The translations under genes and the position numbers were made by a program. Positions 11,159 through 21,302 of a stretch of 64,000 nt of DNA are shown in pieces. The DNA is taken from assembly GCA_050011875.1 (NCBI GenBank), contig JBEKIG010000011.1, positions 64,001 through 128,000 of the forward strand. Reading direction: 5' to 3'. The number at the start of each line of letters is the position of its first letter. The stretch's first letter is position 1. The stretch comes from Nitrososphaeria archaeon. GTDB lineage: Archaea; Thermoproteota; Nitrososphaeria; JACIWG01. The notes below the pieces were generated by a model. The model had not been told where the DNA came from, made no database searches, and saw nothing but the letters and a program-made list of their open reading frames with translations.

Positions 11159-12915
11159 TCGAAAAAAATTCCCTTAACAATATCTTATATCTGGATCTTA
11201 CTAGGAAGCGCTTCTGGGTCGACGAGCGAAGGGATCTTTTCGAAGAATATCTGGGCGGTATAGGTGTGGCTTCAAAGCTTCTCATCGGAGAATGCGCCCA
11301 AGGGGTTGACCCGCTTTCTCCAGAAAATGTCATAGTGTTTGCTGTAGGTCCCCTTAATGGTTTGTTCCCTCTCGCATCGAAGACTGTCAGCTGCTTTAAG
11401 TCTCCTCTTACAAAAAATTATGGAGAAAGTCATGCTGGAGGAAGAAGCTCCATAGCCATCAGACTAGCGGGCTATGGTGCTATTGTGATAAAAGGTGCAA
11501 GCGACTATCCTGTCTACATATCTATTCATGGAAAGAATGTGAGCTTCAGGGACGCTTCAGCGTTATGGGGTGTTAGAAGTAGCATAACTGTTGGGAGAGT
11601 TCTAAGGAATGTGGAAGAGGGGGCGGGTATACGCACGATTATGCGAATAGGTGGAGCTGGAGAAAATCTTGTATCCTATGCTTCTGTTAATACCGAAACC
11701 TATCGCCATTTTGGGCGACTAGGTTTAGGAGCTGTTTTTGGTAGCAAGAAGTTGAAGGCGCTCGTGATTTCCGGGAAGACTACGGTTCCTGTGTCTGACA
11801 AGAGACTTTACAGGGAAGTCTATGATAAGATTTATGACGCTGCAACAAAGTCTCCTGTTATGAAAAAGTATCATGATTTAGGAACTGCCTCGAATATTAA
11901 TCCATTAAATGTTATGAAGGCTCTGCCAACAAAAAATCTTAAGGAATCTTACTTTGATTCTGCTGAAAAAATTTCTGGAGAATATTTGGCCGAAAAATAT
12001 CTTGGGCGTCGCACTGCTTGTGCACACTGTCCTGTTGCATGTATACACCTTGCTGCCTTAAGGGAGCCTTATACTAATGAACCGTACTTCTATAAGACAA
12101 CCATGACATCATATGATTACGAACTTCTTTATTCACTTGGTTCTATGTTAGGTGTTGACGATACAGAGGCTGTCCTCAAGCTCATTAATGAAGTTGAAAT
12201 ATGGGGGCTTGATGCAATGATGGTTGGGACTGTTCTTTCTTGGATAACCGAAGCCTTCGAAATAGGAATCATCAACGAAGATCAGACGATGGGACTTAAG
12301 GTAAAATGGGGTGTCTATGACGAATATGCTAAGGCAATAAGGTACATCGTCACACAGCCAAACGACTTCTACAAGATTGCTGCAAAGGGTCTACAGAGTC
12401 TAGTAGAACAATATGGTGGAGATAGTTTTGCTTTGACTTACGGTGGAAATGGAATGCCAGGATACCATACTGGGCCAGCTGCACACCTAACGTACATTAC
12501 TGGTGCCAGACATAGTCATCTTGACAGTGCAGGTTACAGTCTAGACCAAGAAGGCTTGAAGAAAGGCCTGCCTTCAGTCAAAGAACTGGCTACAAATCTG
12601 TATCTTGAAGAATCCTGGAGACAGATCTTATCAAGTCTTGTTGTTTGCTTTTTTTCACGAGGACTTTACACTCCTCAACTGGTTTCGGAAGCCCTAAAGG
12701 TTGCAGGATCAAGCCTTTCTGAAGAGGACCTAAACAAGCTCGGCAAGAAGATCCTCGGGAACAAGAACCGTTTCAAGGAACAAGAGGGCTTTAACATGTT
12801 AGCCTTAAAGTTTCCGAGAAGGATATTTGATCTACCAACACCAAACGGTATACTAGATGAAAAGCAACTCGAAGAAGCCGTAGCACTATATTACTCCCTC
12901 CTTTATAGTACGTGA
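11155..12915 (+). CDS. aor: Tungsten aldehyde:ferredoxin oxidoreductase family
   Basis: YLGGIG, KSPLT..YGESHAGG, GRLGLGAVFGSKKLKA, CAHCPVAC, GLDAM. Confidence 0.92.
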   Translation: MIEKNSLNNILYLDLTRKRFWVDERRDLFEEYLGGIGVASKLLIGECAQGVDPLSPENVIVFAVGPLNGLFPLASKTVSCFKSPLTKNYGESHAGGRSSIAIRLAGYGAIVIKGASDYPVYISIHGKNVSFRDASALWGVRSSITVGRVLRNVEEGAGIRTIMRIGGAGENLVSYASVNTETYRHFGRLGLGAVFGSKKLKALVISGKTTVPVSDKRLYREVYDKIYDAATKSPVMKKYHDLGTASNINPLNVMKALPTKNLKESYFDSAEKISGEYLAEKYLGRRTACAHCPVACIHLAALREPYTNEPYFYKTTMTSYDYELLYSLGSMLGVDDTEAVLKLINEVEIWGLDAMMVGTVLSWITEAFEIGIINEDQTMGLKVKWGVYDEYAKAIRYIVTQPNDFYKIAAKGLQSLVEQYGGDSFALTYGGNGMPGYHTGPAAHLTYITGARHSHLDSAGYSLDQEGLKKGLPSVKELATNLYLEESWRQILSSLVVCFFSRGLYTPQLVSEALKVAGSSLSEEDLNKLGKKILGNKNRFKEQEGFNMLALKFPRRIFDLPTPNGILDEKQLEEAVALYYSLLYST

Positions 12916-13080
12916 ACCTTTAGACTATTAAGCAGCATCAGACGGTATATTTAGCATCCTTTGATAGAATAGTCGTGTTGCTGAAAGCATTATGTGGATG
13001 TAATTACGTACTACGAAGGAAGAAATATGTAAATTAGGATCTTAAATATATGTTGTTATTAACTAATATTGGTTAAGTGA

Positions 13081-13552
13081 GTGTCAACCATTTCAAACAG
13101 GCCAACGACCGCCTTTATTCTCTCTCTCTCTCTCTCATAGGTGGTATTTTTGTTCTACTTTAGGTCTAGTCATGGCTGTAATCGGAGCTGCTGTGTCTTT
13201 CTTTATAGGAGGCATTGGAGGAGTTTTCGGCTTATGGGGTGTAGTTTGTGGAATCATAATGATTGTAGGTGGTACTATGATGAATGGCCATCCAGATCAG
13301 CATAATATGTGGGGTACAATTGTGTTGGTTTTCCCCATTCTCAGCCTTGCAGGAGGAGGACTCATAATAGGTTTTATCCTAGGTCTAATCGGAGGTGCTT
13401 TAAGTATAGCTTGGAGACCACAAATGGTTGAACCCCCGCAAAGGTTTACGCCCACCCAAACCACGAATCTTCGTATATGCACTAACTGCGGGAACGCTGT
13501 CGAAACGAATGCGCGTTTTTGCCCTTCCTGTTGTAAAGAATTGCATGCATAA
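13081..13552 (+). pseudogene. Gly-rich membrane protein with C-terminal Zn ribbon (DUF6114-like), 5' end frameshifted
   Basis: GTG 13081 gives MSTISNRPTTAFILSL; IGGIFVLL is in a second frame; ORF 13172-13552 (GFILGLIGGAL, CTNCG...FCPSC) is in a third. Confidence 0.65.
13119..13136 (+). repeat. (TC)9 microsatellite in the disrupted 5' part of a membrane-protein gene
   Basis: Nine TC units read directly. Confidence 0.9.
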
Positions 13553-13647
13553 TCCTCGATTAAAAGGTATCGCGATCTGTCAGTTTGTGGCATAAAGAAA
13601 CAAAATTCAAGTTAAACGTGCTTATATATCAAAAAGTTAAATAGCGA

Positions 13648-14430
13648 ATGCGTGATGATATGCTACAATTTGATGCATTCATTTCTTCTTTCGGACTTTA
13701 TAGTCTATTAAGGCTGATGGATGTCTGGTCAACCAAACTTTGCGTTGCTCGACTTGATCCTGAACTCCATGAAGTTAATCCGATTGCAGCACCATTGATC
13801 AAAAAAATCGGTTTTAATAAAACTATGATCTTAACCTGGATACCGTTTGCTTTAGTCATAGGATTTGTCGATGCATTTTTTCTTTACCCAGTGCTTGGAA
13901 TCATAGTATTATGGCTTCTCTTTGGTTTATTCCATCTGATAGCCGCTGCAAACAATCTGCAAATCTACTATCAGGTTAAAATCTTTGGTCAAGAAGCAAT
14001 AGAAGAAAGTATGAGACGAGTGATAGCTTTGTTGAAACCACTGTCAGCTTATCAGAAGTTAATCTTCGTAATAAAGACGAATTTTCTAAATCTTTTCCTT
14101 GCTATTTACGGAATTACAACTCTAGTTTTATTTTCGTTTTTAATTCCTTCACTGAGCATTCTTATCAGAACCCCTATTCCTGCATTGTTATTATTTGCTC
14201 CTCCCATAATGGTGCTGGATCTTATCATATTTTTTCCTACGTTAGTATTTGGTTCCCTAATTATTTCTATGCGAAGGGTTAGAAAAATCAAAGAACAGGT
14301 CACAACTAAAAAAGAAGATAATAGTATAACAATTCCATTAGAATTCGCAGAACAAAAAATTCAAGAAGCCAGAGAAAAAGGGGCTAATTATGTCCAGCTT
14401 CCTGTTCCTAGTGAGTTAAGGACAAGTTAA
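13648..14430 (+). CDS. Hypothetical multi-pass membrane protein
   Basis: 260-aa ORF with hydrophobic segments; D..ST...EVNP motif (DUF5658-like). Confidence 0.65.
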   Translation: MRDDMLQFDAFISSFGLYSLLRLMDVWSTKLCVARLDPELHEVNPIAAPLIKKIGFNKTMILTWIPFALVIGFVDAFFLYPVLGIIVLWLLFGLFHLIAAANNLQIYYQVKIFGQEAIEESMRRVIALLKPLSAYQKLIFVIKTNFLNLFLAIYGITTLVLFSFLIPSLSILIRTPIPALLLFAPPIMVLDLIIFFPTLVFGSLIISMRRVRKIKEQVTTKKEDNSITIPLEFAEQKIQEAREKGANYVQLPVPSELRTS

Positions 14431-14722
14431 GAAAAGAACATCTTATCATCAATCATAACATTGGAAACTACATCCCTTTTCCCAATTAGTCCTCTTTTTC
14501 TTCGACTACTCCTTCAGCTCTAATTTTCTTAGTTAGCGGACCATTGTCCTTACCCGTCCCAGAAGGAATAAGAGCTAAACCTCTCTTGGATAGTTATCCT
14601 TGTTCTGCTCACACGCCAATAATCCCAAATGCGCCTATTACATCAATTTAATCCCCCTTAAGGTTTATCAGAACCTAGAATAGAAAAGGATAATTAATGG
14701 ACATTTCAGCACTTTAACTATA

Positions 14723-14796
14723 GGGCCTGTAGCTCAGCCAGGTAGAGCATCGGACTTTTAATCCGAGGGTCGAGGGTCCGAATCCCCCCAGGCCCG
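14723..14796 (+). tRNA. tRNA-Lys (UUU)
   Basis: Acceptor GGGCCTG/CAGGCCC, D arm GCTC/GAGC, anticodon stem TCGGA/TCCGA with loop CTTTTAA, T loop TCCGAAT. No intron, no encoded CCA. Confidence 0.93.
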
Positions 14797-14989
14797 CCTT
14801 AATTATTAAGACTTTTATATCGGGATTTGGTATCAAACATGAGAACGAAATAATAGAATGGGTTAAGTCCATAGAAGTTGGACGTGATTGGACTTCATTG
14901 AGACAGGAACAGAATTTGATAGTAAAGAACCCAACAAAGAAGACTAAAGTTAAATTAAACTGTTTAAAAATTTGTAATTTAACACCAAT

Positions 14990-15175
14990 ATGTTCGGGAA
15001 ATTGTTTAATAAATTACCCATGCTCTTAGGTTTGGTGTCTAAATTGTCGAACAGAGAAAAGATAATTTTCGGAAGTGCGATCGCCATTGGTCTAGCGATC
15101 AGTGAAGTATTAGTATACAGAAGGTTAAAAGTAAACAAGAAAGAATGGACTGAAGAGACGATACCCCTCGACTAA
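14990..15175 (+). CDS. Small hypothetical protein with one TM segment
   Basis: 61 aa with hydrophobic IIFGSAIAIGLAISEVLVY. Confidence 0.35.
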   Translation: MFGKLFNKLPMLLGLVSKLSNREKIIFGSAIAIGLAISEVLVYRRLKVNKKEWTEETIPLD

Positions 15176-15336
15176 AGAGAAATTAACCTACAGCTAAAGA
15201 CCACCCTCCCCTTATTTTTATATTTGACTGATTCAGAGAAACAGTATTTGCATATCATATTTGGGCTATATTTTGGACATATGATAAACTTTAAAAAAGG
15301 CTCAAAGTATGGAATAATTGGAGTGACAAAGATATA

Positions 15337-15786
15337 ATGACACTCGAAGAAAAAAGAAAGAGATTAAGTTTTAGTACAGTTCGAGAGAATTGGAATGAAT
15401 ATAAACTAATTGATACAGGTTCCCTTTTAAATATTAAGGTCGTGTTAAAAGAAGTTGTTGATATTGGACAAAAAGATAAACAAGTTCTTGATTTTAAGAC
15501 AGAAGTAGAATCATTTAAAGAACCTCTCCCTGATGATAAAGGAGAACCATCAAAAGATGGTGAACCATCATTTATCCCAATGGCTAAAGATGAGCTAGAG
15601 TCCTTAAATTTTGAACGTATTAGTGAACCTTTGAACATATATGACATCCCAAATAAATTCTTGTTTTTACTTAAACCAGTATTGGATAAGGTTGAAAAAA
15701 GTAATAAATTTGATAAGGAAGGAAATAGAATCTACCTTTATGACGTCAAATGCGCTCCCATTATAGTAGAATATCCCAAAGATTAA
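15337..15786 (+). CDS. Hypothetical protein with internal domain duplication
   Basis: F.TVRENWNEYKL...IKVVLKEV parallels F.RISEPLNIYDI...LKPVLDKV. Confidence 0.7.
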   Translation: MTLEEKRKRLSFSTVRENWNEYKLIDTGSLLNIKVVLKEVVDIGQKDKQVLDFKTEVESFKEPLPDDKGEPSKDGEPSFIPMAKDELESLNFERISEPLNIYDIPNKFLFLLKPVLDKVEKSNKFDKEGNRIYLYDVKCAPIIVEYPKD

Positions 15787-16135
15787 AAATCTGTAATTTC
15801 CAAGCCATCGTGTAACAGAGTTAATAGAACTTGTCAATAGGGACTAATTTTGCATATTTGAGTCAGCATCTGATCATAGATTGTTTAGGTATTCCACAAT
15901 GAGTTTTATAATCTTTAGAGTCAGGCCCGCCTATAATTAAGTGGGAATATTTTATTTATCAGATATTTGGGTAAGTTGATAGCTAAAAATTGTGGATTAA
16001 AACTTTCTGAAGGCGTGCAAATGTCGGAAGTAATACATTTCATCATCTGGCATAAAAGGTTCAATGTTAGAGAAAAAGAAGTTACTGTTTGTTATATAAA
16101 CGCTTTATTGATTATACTTCCTTATTTTTACCATA

Positions 16136-17344
16136 TTATTCTCTGATATTAAGTGTCTTAAGGGCTATTGCTTTTAATTCTTCATCAGTGAGGGACCTTT
16201 TCTTCTCCTCTCCCGTTTCCTTGACGATGTTAAGTATCTGCATCAACTGTGTCTTATCCACTTCTATCTTCATCTCATTTAGCTTATCCCATATGGCATG
16301 TTTCCCTGAATGTTTCCCTACAACAATTCTCCTGCTTGCCCCAATCTCATTGGGGGGAAAGGATTCATAGGTATAGGAGAACTTTAGGACGCCGTCCACG
16401 TGGATTCCGGATTCATGAGTAAACATGTGGCCTCCCACGATGCTCCTGTTCACGGGCACAGGTATCCCTGATGCCTTCTCTACGAATTGTGAAATTTCAA
16501 TGATCCTGCTAGTCTTGAATGTGCTGGGTTGACGATATAGCTTGACTAGGCTCATGATGACCGATTCCAGAGATGAGTTTCCAGCCCTCTCACCGAGGCC
16601 GTTGACGGTTGTTGAGACGTACTCTGATCCAGCTTCACAGGAAGCCAGCGCGTTGGCTACAGCCAATCCATAGTCGTCATGAGCATGAATCTCCACAGGC
16701 ATATCCACTTCTTTCAGTAACCTCGATGTCAGATAGAATGATGCTGCTGGTATGAGCACACCTACTGTGTCACAGATCCTCAACCTGTCTGCCCCTGCCT
16801 CCTTTCCCTTTAGGGCGAACTCTTTTAGAAAGTTGAAGTCTGTCCTCGTTGCATCCTCTGCGTTGAGGGAGACATAGAGGCCGTGGGCTTTGGCATACTC
16901 CACCATACTGACAGCACGCTCAACCACCTGTTCCTGATCCATCTTCAACTTGTGTCTTAAGTGAATATCTGATGTGGCTATGGATATGGCTACCGCATCG
17001 GCATCGGTCTTGATCACCGATTCTACATCCTCCTTAACAGCCCTAGCCCAGCCCATCACGCTTGCCTTAAATCCCTGTTTGGCGATCAAATTGACAGCTT
17101 TGGTTTCATGCGGAGACATAGCTGGTGTACCGGCCTCAATCTGTTGCACACCAATATCGTCAAGAAGCTTGGCAATCTCCAGCTTTTCCTCGATGGTGAA
17201 GACAACCCCTGGCGTTTGCTCACCATCCCTCAAAGTTGTATCATTAATCTTTACACCCTTAAACCTAAACTGCTTTACCACATCATCCTCAAAATTATAA
17301 GGACTTACAAACATCCCATTATCCGAGTGAATCGGCGCTGCCAT
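16136..17344 (-). CDS. Homocitrate synthase (AksA/LeuA DRE-TIM family)
   Basis: SPYN N-terminus, DTTLRDGEQ, HAHDDYG, GLGERAGN, HESGIHVDG, GKHSG; no LeuA regulatory domain. Confidence 0.85.
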   Translation of the reverse strand: MAAPIHSDNGMFVSPYNFEDDVVKQFRFKGVKINDTTLRDGEQTPGVVFTIEEKLEIAKLLDDIGVQQIEAGTPAMSPHETKAVNLIAKQGFKASVMGWARAVKEDVESVIKTDADAVAISIATSDIHLRHKLKMDQEQVVERAVSMVEYAKAHGLYVSLNAEDATRTDFNFLKEFALKGKEAGADRLRICDTVGVLIPAASFYLTSRLLKEVDMPVEIHAHDDYGLAVANALASCEAGSEYVSTTVNGLGERAGNSSLESVIMSLVKLYRQPSTFKTSRIIEISQFVEKASGIPVPVNRSIVGGHMFTHESGIHVDGVLKFSYTYESFPPNEIGASRRIVVGKHSGKHAIWDKLNEMKIEVDKTQLMQILNIVKETGEEKKRSLTDEELKAIALKTLNIRE

Positions 17345-17473
17345 TTTACCACCATTGTCACATTCGAAAAGGACACTACTTTATAATCATTTAAGTGATC
17401 AATCTTCAAACATCAGCTGACGCCTCTGCAGCAAACTGCTAAGTTGACTAGTTGTTTTTATTGAATCGAGGAG

Positions 17474-17893
17474 CTATGGGCAGCACTTGCCTTTTGGAAT
17501 AAGGCTACCATGGGGGCAGTACCTCGGATGCTTGAGTAACGTGCATAAGGCGTTTGTGAAATCCTCATCCATGTGGTGTTCCATACCGCAAACGGTCTGC
17601 TCCTGGATTTCGGTCTTAAGCGTTTTCTTCATCAAGACTTCGATCAACCTATGAGCTCGAATAATCCTCCTCCCTATTTCCCTCCCCTTGTCGGTGAGTT
17701 CAATTCCATGTCGGACTTCGTATATCACTAAACCTTCCTTCTCTAGTTTCTTCAGCATCTCCACGGCGCTAGGAGCTGATATGCCCAAATGCCCCGCAAC
17801 CCACTTTATATGCGCTAGTCGTTCTCCAGTTTCCTCGGATACCCAGAGCGCCTCCATGTACTCCTCCATGCTCTCAGAAACAGAAACGCTCAT
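17474..17893 (-). CDS. DtxR/MntR metal-dependent regulator
   Basis: EEYMEAL, SAPSAVEMLKKL, HRLIE, CGMEHH, CPHG. Confidence 0.92.
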   Translation of the reverse strand: MSVSVSESMEEYMEALWVSEETGERLAHIKWVAGHLGISAPSAVEMLKKLEKEGLVIYEVRHGIELTDKGREIGRRIIRAHRLIEVLMKKTLKTEIQEQTVCGMEHHMDEDFTNALCTLLKHPRYCPHGSLIPKGKCCP

Positions 17894-17905
17894 AAACCCA
17901 TCATC

Positions 17906-18055
17906 TCAACGTGCAGAAGGGTAAGTCTCTGGCCTCGGCATTGATTGAGGCATTGGCTTCGATGGTGAAGGTATAACTCTAAGGTCTTGGCAACAATAAG
18001 GACAGAACCCTACGTCAGCCTGTATTTCTTTGCCACATTTTGGACAAAAAGGCAT
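17906..18055 (-). CDS. Small zinc-ribbon protein (49 aa, absent from ORF track)
   Basis: Hand translation MPFCPKCGKEIQADVGFCPYCCQDLRVIPSPSKPMPQSMPRPETYPSAR. Confidence 0.7.
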   Translation of the reverse strand: MPFCPKCGKEIQADVGFCPYCCQDLRVIPSPSKPMPQSMPRPETYPSAR

Positions 18056-18327
18056 AATATTAATGATTCTGATTGACTTTATTAACTTTTAGCACAATCT
18101 TTGAATTCAAAATCTCTAATGTGGTGGTACTTAAAAGATAAATAAAATAGTATTGATTTATAATGTTTTAAAGTGTCACTTCCAACATGTCTTCAATTAT
18201 TCTAACCCCTTTGATTTTATTATGAATAATGTAATAGATAACAGTTTCAATTTTCGCTAAAGATGACAAGCTACGTCAATGGGGGAAATGTGTTTTTTGA
18301 TGGGGTAAGTTGCAGAGTTGTCGGGAG

Positions 18328-18350
18328 CGTTATGTTTTTATAGCATAACG
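18328..18350. promoter_or_regulatory. ModE-like operator overlapping the TATA box
   Basis: CGTTATG-TTTTTATAG-CATAACG, a 23-bp dyad 30 bp upstream of the operon that contains wtpA. Confidence 0.75.
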
Positions 18351-18380
18351 TTATCGCAAAGAGGCTAAGGTGAATCCTAA

Positions 18381-19871
18381 ATGAGAAAGGTTTCGAAAAC
18401 AAAAGGCATGATCAAGCCAAAATTTATCACGATCGCGGTTATCGCTATAATCGTCGTAGCAGCTATCGTCATAGGAGCCGTTGCCGTTTGGCAACTGAGT
18501 TCAAGTCCATCCAACAAAAAAAATACAGCAACCACACTCCCATCAATGAATTTAACCCTCATAGGGGCAACTGGAAATCAAATAATCTTGCATTCAAGTG
18601 ACATTGCAAAGCTTACCACTTACTCCGGGTACGGAGGCTACAAGAGCAGCGGTGGAATGCTCGGCGGCTTCGGTAATTACACCGGTGTACCACTAGTGAC
18701 CCTCCTGAACCTGGTAGGCGGCATCACTACCAACCAAACGGTCACAATAACAGGCAGCGACGGATATTCGATGGTTTACACCTATCAGCAGGTGAACGGC
18801 CAAGGTTACATCGCCTATGATCCAGTGACTGGCAGTGAATCCTCAGTTACCCGACCATTGACCGTGATACTCGCATATTACTATAACAGCACGACCCTGA
18901 CTTCTGATGTAGGACCCCTCAGACTCGTTATTCTGGGACCCCAAAGCTTACTCACTGAAGGCCATTTCTGGACTAAATTAGTGGACAAAATAGAAGTAAC
19001 TCAGAGTGTGGAGAATTGGAATCTAGTTGTCAACGGCACAACTCCTCTGAACATGGATATGCAAGCGTATACGGCAGACATCAATCACTTCCCACAAAAC
19101 TATACTGATAATACCGGCAACGTTTGGACAGGTGTAGCTCTGGATCAATTCGTATCTTACAGTGCCATCAACGGCGGCATAAGCAACGCATCTCTGGCCA
19201 AAGGTTATGTTGTGAAAGTGATAGGTGGAGATGGCTATTTCGCCATTATGAATGATACCTTTGTCAACAATAACAATAACATAATTGTCGCAGCAAAGCT
19301 AAACGGTGCCATACTCCCCAGCCCGTACTGGCCTTTGACTCTAGTCGGTTCAGACTTAACCATGAAACAAATGGTCAAGGACATAGTCCAAATCCAGATA
19401 ATGCCGATACCACACATGAACCTAACAATAGTAGGCTCCAACGGAACCCAAATAGTACTACACTCACAAGACATTGCGTCTTTTAGCTCATACACGGCAG
19501 CAGGAGGATTCAAAGGAAAGGGTGGAATCCAAGGCGTCGGCAATTATACTGGTGTACCAATTCTGACCCTCCTGAACCTGGTAGGCGGCATCACTACCAA
19601 CCAAAACGTAACAATTACGGGCAGCGATGGATATTCGATGGTTTACACCTATCAACAGCTGAATGGACAGGGGCTGAACACGTACGACCCCACGACCGGA
19701 AACCCAACGTCAGCCACCCAATCTATGACAATGATCGTAGCCTATTACCGAAATGGAGCAGCGCTGCCTTCCGGAGGACCTTTGACAATCGCGATTGTAG
19801 GGCCTCAGGGCTTGCTCACGGATGGAAACAAATGGGCGAGTATGACAGAGAAGATTCAGGTAAACCCCTAG
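18381..19871 (+). CDS. Membrane-anchored exported protein with three molybdopterin-oxidoreductase-like domains, no Cys
   Basis: N-terminal TM; three repeats of Y/WTGV.L...G.DGY...IxAY...GPL.L; many NxS/T sequons. Confidence 0.75.
   Translation: MRKVSKTKGMIKPKFITIAVIAIIVVAAIVIGAVAVWQLSSSPSNKKNTATTLPSMNLTLIGATGNQIILHSSDIAKLTTYSGYGGYKSSGGMLGGFGNYTGVPLVTLLNLVGGITTNQTVTITGSDGYSMVYTYQQVNGQGYIAYDPVTGSESSVTRPLTVILAYYYNSTTLTSDVGPLRLVILGPQSLLTEGHFWTKLVDKIEVTQSVENWNLVVNGTTPLNMDMQAYTADINHFPQNYTDNTGNVWTGVALDQFVSYSAINGGISNASLAKGYVVKVIGGDGYFAIMNDTFVNNNNNIIVAAKLNGAILPSPYWPLTLVGSDLTMKQMVKDIVQIQIMPIPHMNLTIVGSNGTQIVLHSQDIASFSSYTAAGGFKGKGGIQGVGNYTGVPILTLLNLVGGITTNQNVTITGSDGYSMVYTYQQLNGQGLNTYDPTTGNPTSATQSMTMIVAYYRNGAALPSGGPLTIAIVGPQGLLTDGNKWASMTEKIQVNP
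18697..19654 (+). repeat. Intragenic direct repeat (domains 1 and 3)
   Basis: 42 nt identical at 18697-18738 and 19564-19605; 26 nt identical at 18762-18787 and 19629-19654. Confidence 0.9.
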
Positions 19872-19902
19872 ATCATGAAAATAAGAGAGGAAATGAGGCT
19901 AA

Positions 19903-20985
19903 TTGAGAAAAGCTCACATCACGATAGCCTTAATCATGGTGGTCCTCGCGGTGGCCTTAATTTCCTCCACGTTTTATTTTTCCAATTATCCATCAAAGCA
20001 GACACTTACGATCTACTGCGCCACAAGCCTATTGTACCCACTTCAAAAAGTTCAAGCTGACTTCGAGAAAGCCAACCCAAATATAGATGTACAACTTCAG
20101 GCACACGGCAGCATTCAGGTCATTAGGCAAGTGACGGAGCTAGGTCAGAGCGTCGACCTCCTTATGGTCGCCGACTACTCCCTGATTCCAACAATGATGT
20201 ACAACACAAAAGTCCCAGGTACAAACCAAAGCTTCGCAGATTACTATATCAGATTTTCCACTAACAGTATCGTCTTAGCCTACACCAACCGCAGTCAATA
20301 TGCAGGCGAAATCAACTCCAGTAACTGGTATTATGTACTGACTCAGCCCAGCGTCAAAATAGGATTAGTAAATCCTGAACTGGACGCGCTCGGCTACAGA
20401 ACGCTGATCACTGTTCAACTTGCCTCAGCCTACTATAATGATTCAGAGTTATTTCATGACCTAATCACGGACAACTTCAACCCTCCTATAAATTCCGTCA
20501 TGAATGGGACAGGATATACCATCATTATTCCTACCACACAACAACCTGTAGGAAACAAGATAATCCTAAGGGCGAGCGAAGTTGACCTCATTCCGCTTCT
20601 CCAAGAAGGATATCTCGATTACTGCTTTCTCTATCTCAGCAACGCGAAACAGTACGGCTTTTCCTACATTACTCTTCCAAACGAGGTGAACCTTGGCTCC
20701 ATCCAAGACAATCAGAACTATTCGCAGGTGTACGTGTCATACGAACATCAAAGATTTGACACGGTAAGCCTAGACAGAACGGGAGAAACAATATACTACG
20801 GCATGACGATACCCACAAATGCGCCAAATCCAGCTTTAGCAATGAAGTTTATTCAATTTGTTTTGAATGGACTAGGAAGAAACGATTTTGAGCAGTCATG
20901 GCAAACCATCTTCAATCCCTCCTTCACGGACAATCCTCAAGCGCTCCCCCAAAGTCTTCAACAAATGGTTTTGAAAGAACCCTAG
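19903..20985 (+). CDS. wtpA: Tungstate/molybdate ABC substrate-binding protein
   Basis: ATSL, HGSIQVIRQVTELG, ADYSLIP, NPELDALGYR, IYYGMTIPTNAPN. Confidence 0.9.
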   Translation: MRKAHITIALIMVVLAVALISSTFYFSNYPSKQTLTIYCATSLLYPLQKVQADFEKANPNIDVQLQAHGSIQVIRQVTELGQSVDLLMVADYSLIPTMMYNTKVPGTNQSFADYYIRFSTNSIVLAYTNRSQYAGEINSSNWYYVLTQPSVKIGLVNPELDALGYRTLITVQLASAYYNDSELFHDLITDNFNPPINSVMNGTGYTIIIPTTQQPVGNKIILRASEVDLIPLLQEGYLDYCFLYLSNAKQYGFSYITLPNEVNLGSIQDNQNYSQVYVSYEHQRFDTVSLDRTGETIYYGMTIPTNAPNPALAMKFIQFVLNGLGRNDFEQSWQTIFNPSFTDNPQALPQSLQQMVLKEP

Positions 20986-21041
20986 TTCGCACTCTTAGAA
21001 CAGGAATACTTCAAACATGGTATAGGAATTACCTAGTTGGT

Positions 21042-21302
21042 TTGGCTAGGAGAGAAATCACCTTTATCATTTTGTCAACAGTCCTAGAGCCCCGTCTGAT
21101 GTTATTCTTAGTACCCTTTATTCCGATCATCAGTTCGCTGATAGGTTCAGTTCAAGGCCTATCAACCGCTTTGACCAGTTCTGAAACACTTAAAGCTATA
21201 CTAACAAGCTTCTATTGTGCCGTCTTGGCTACCGTACTCATTCTGATTGGCAACCCCAAGAAGGCCCACGACATGAAGTCTATCAGAAGCTTCTGCGCTT
21301 AG
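21042..21302 (+). pseudogene. Truncated wtpB 5' fragment
   Basis: PIISSLIGSVQGLSTALTSSETLKAILTSFYCAVLAT matches the N-terminus of the intact permease at 23797-24591. Confidence 0.8.

Larger units (their letters stand above)
14797..15932. mobile_element. AT-rich islet bounded by a duplicate of the tRNA 3' end
   Basis: CAGGCCCGCCT at 14789-14799 recurs at 15922-15932. Contains only orphan ORFs and no integrase. Confidence 0.5.

Noticed and set aside
17906-17908. Selenocysteine TGA joining the Zn ribbon to DtxR
   Set aside because: Not at a Cys-equivalent position, no SECIS seen, and Mvh/Hdr here use Cys.
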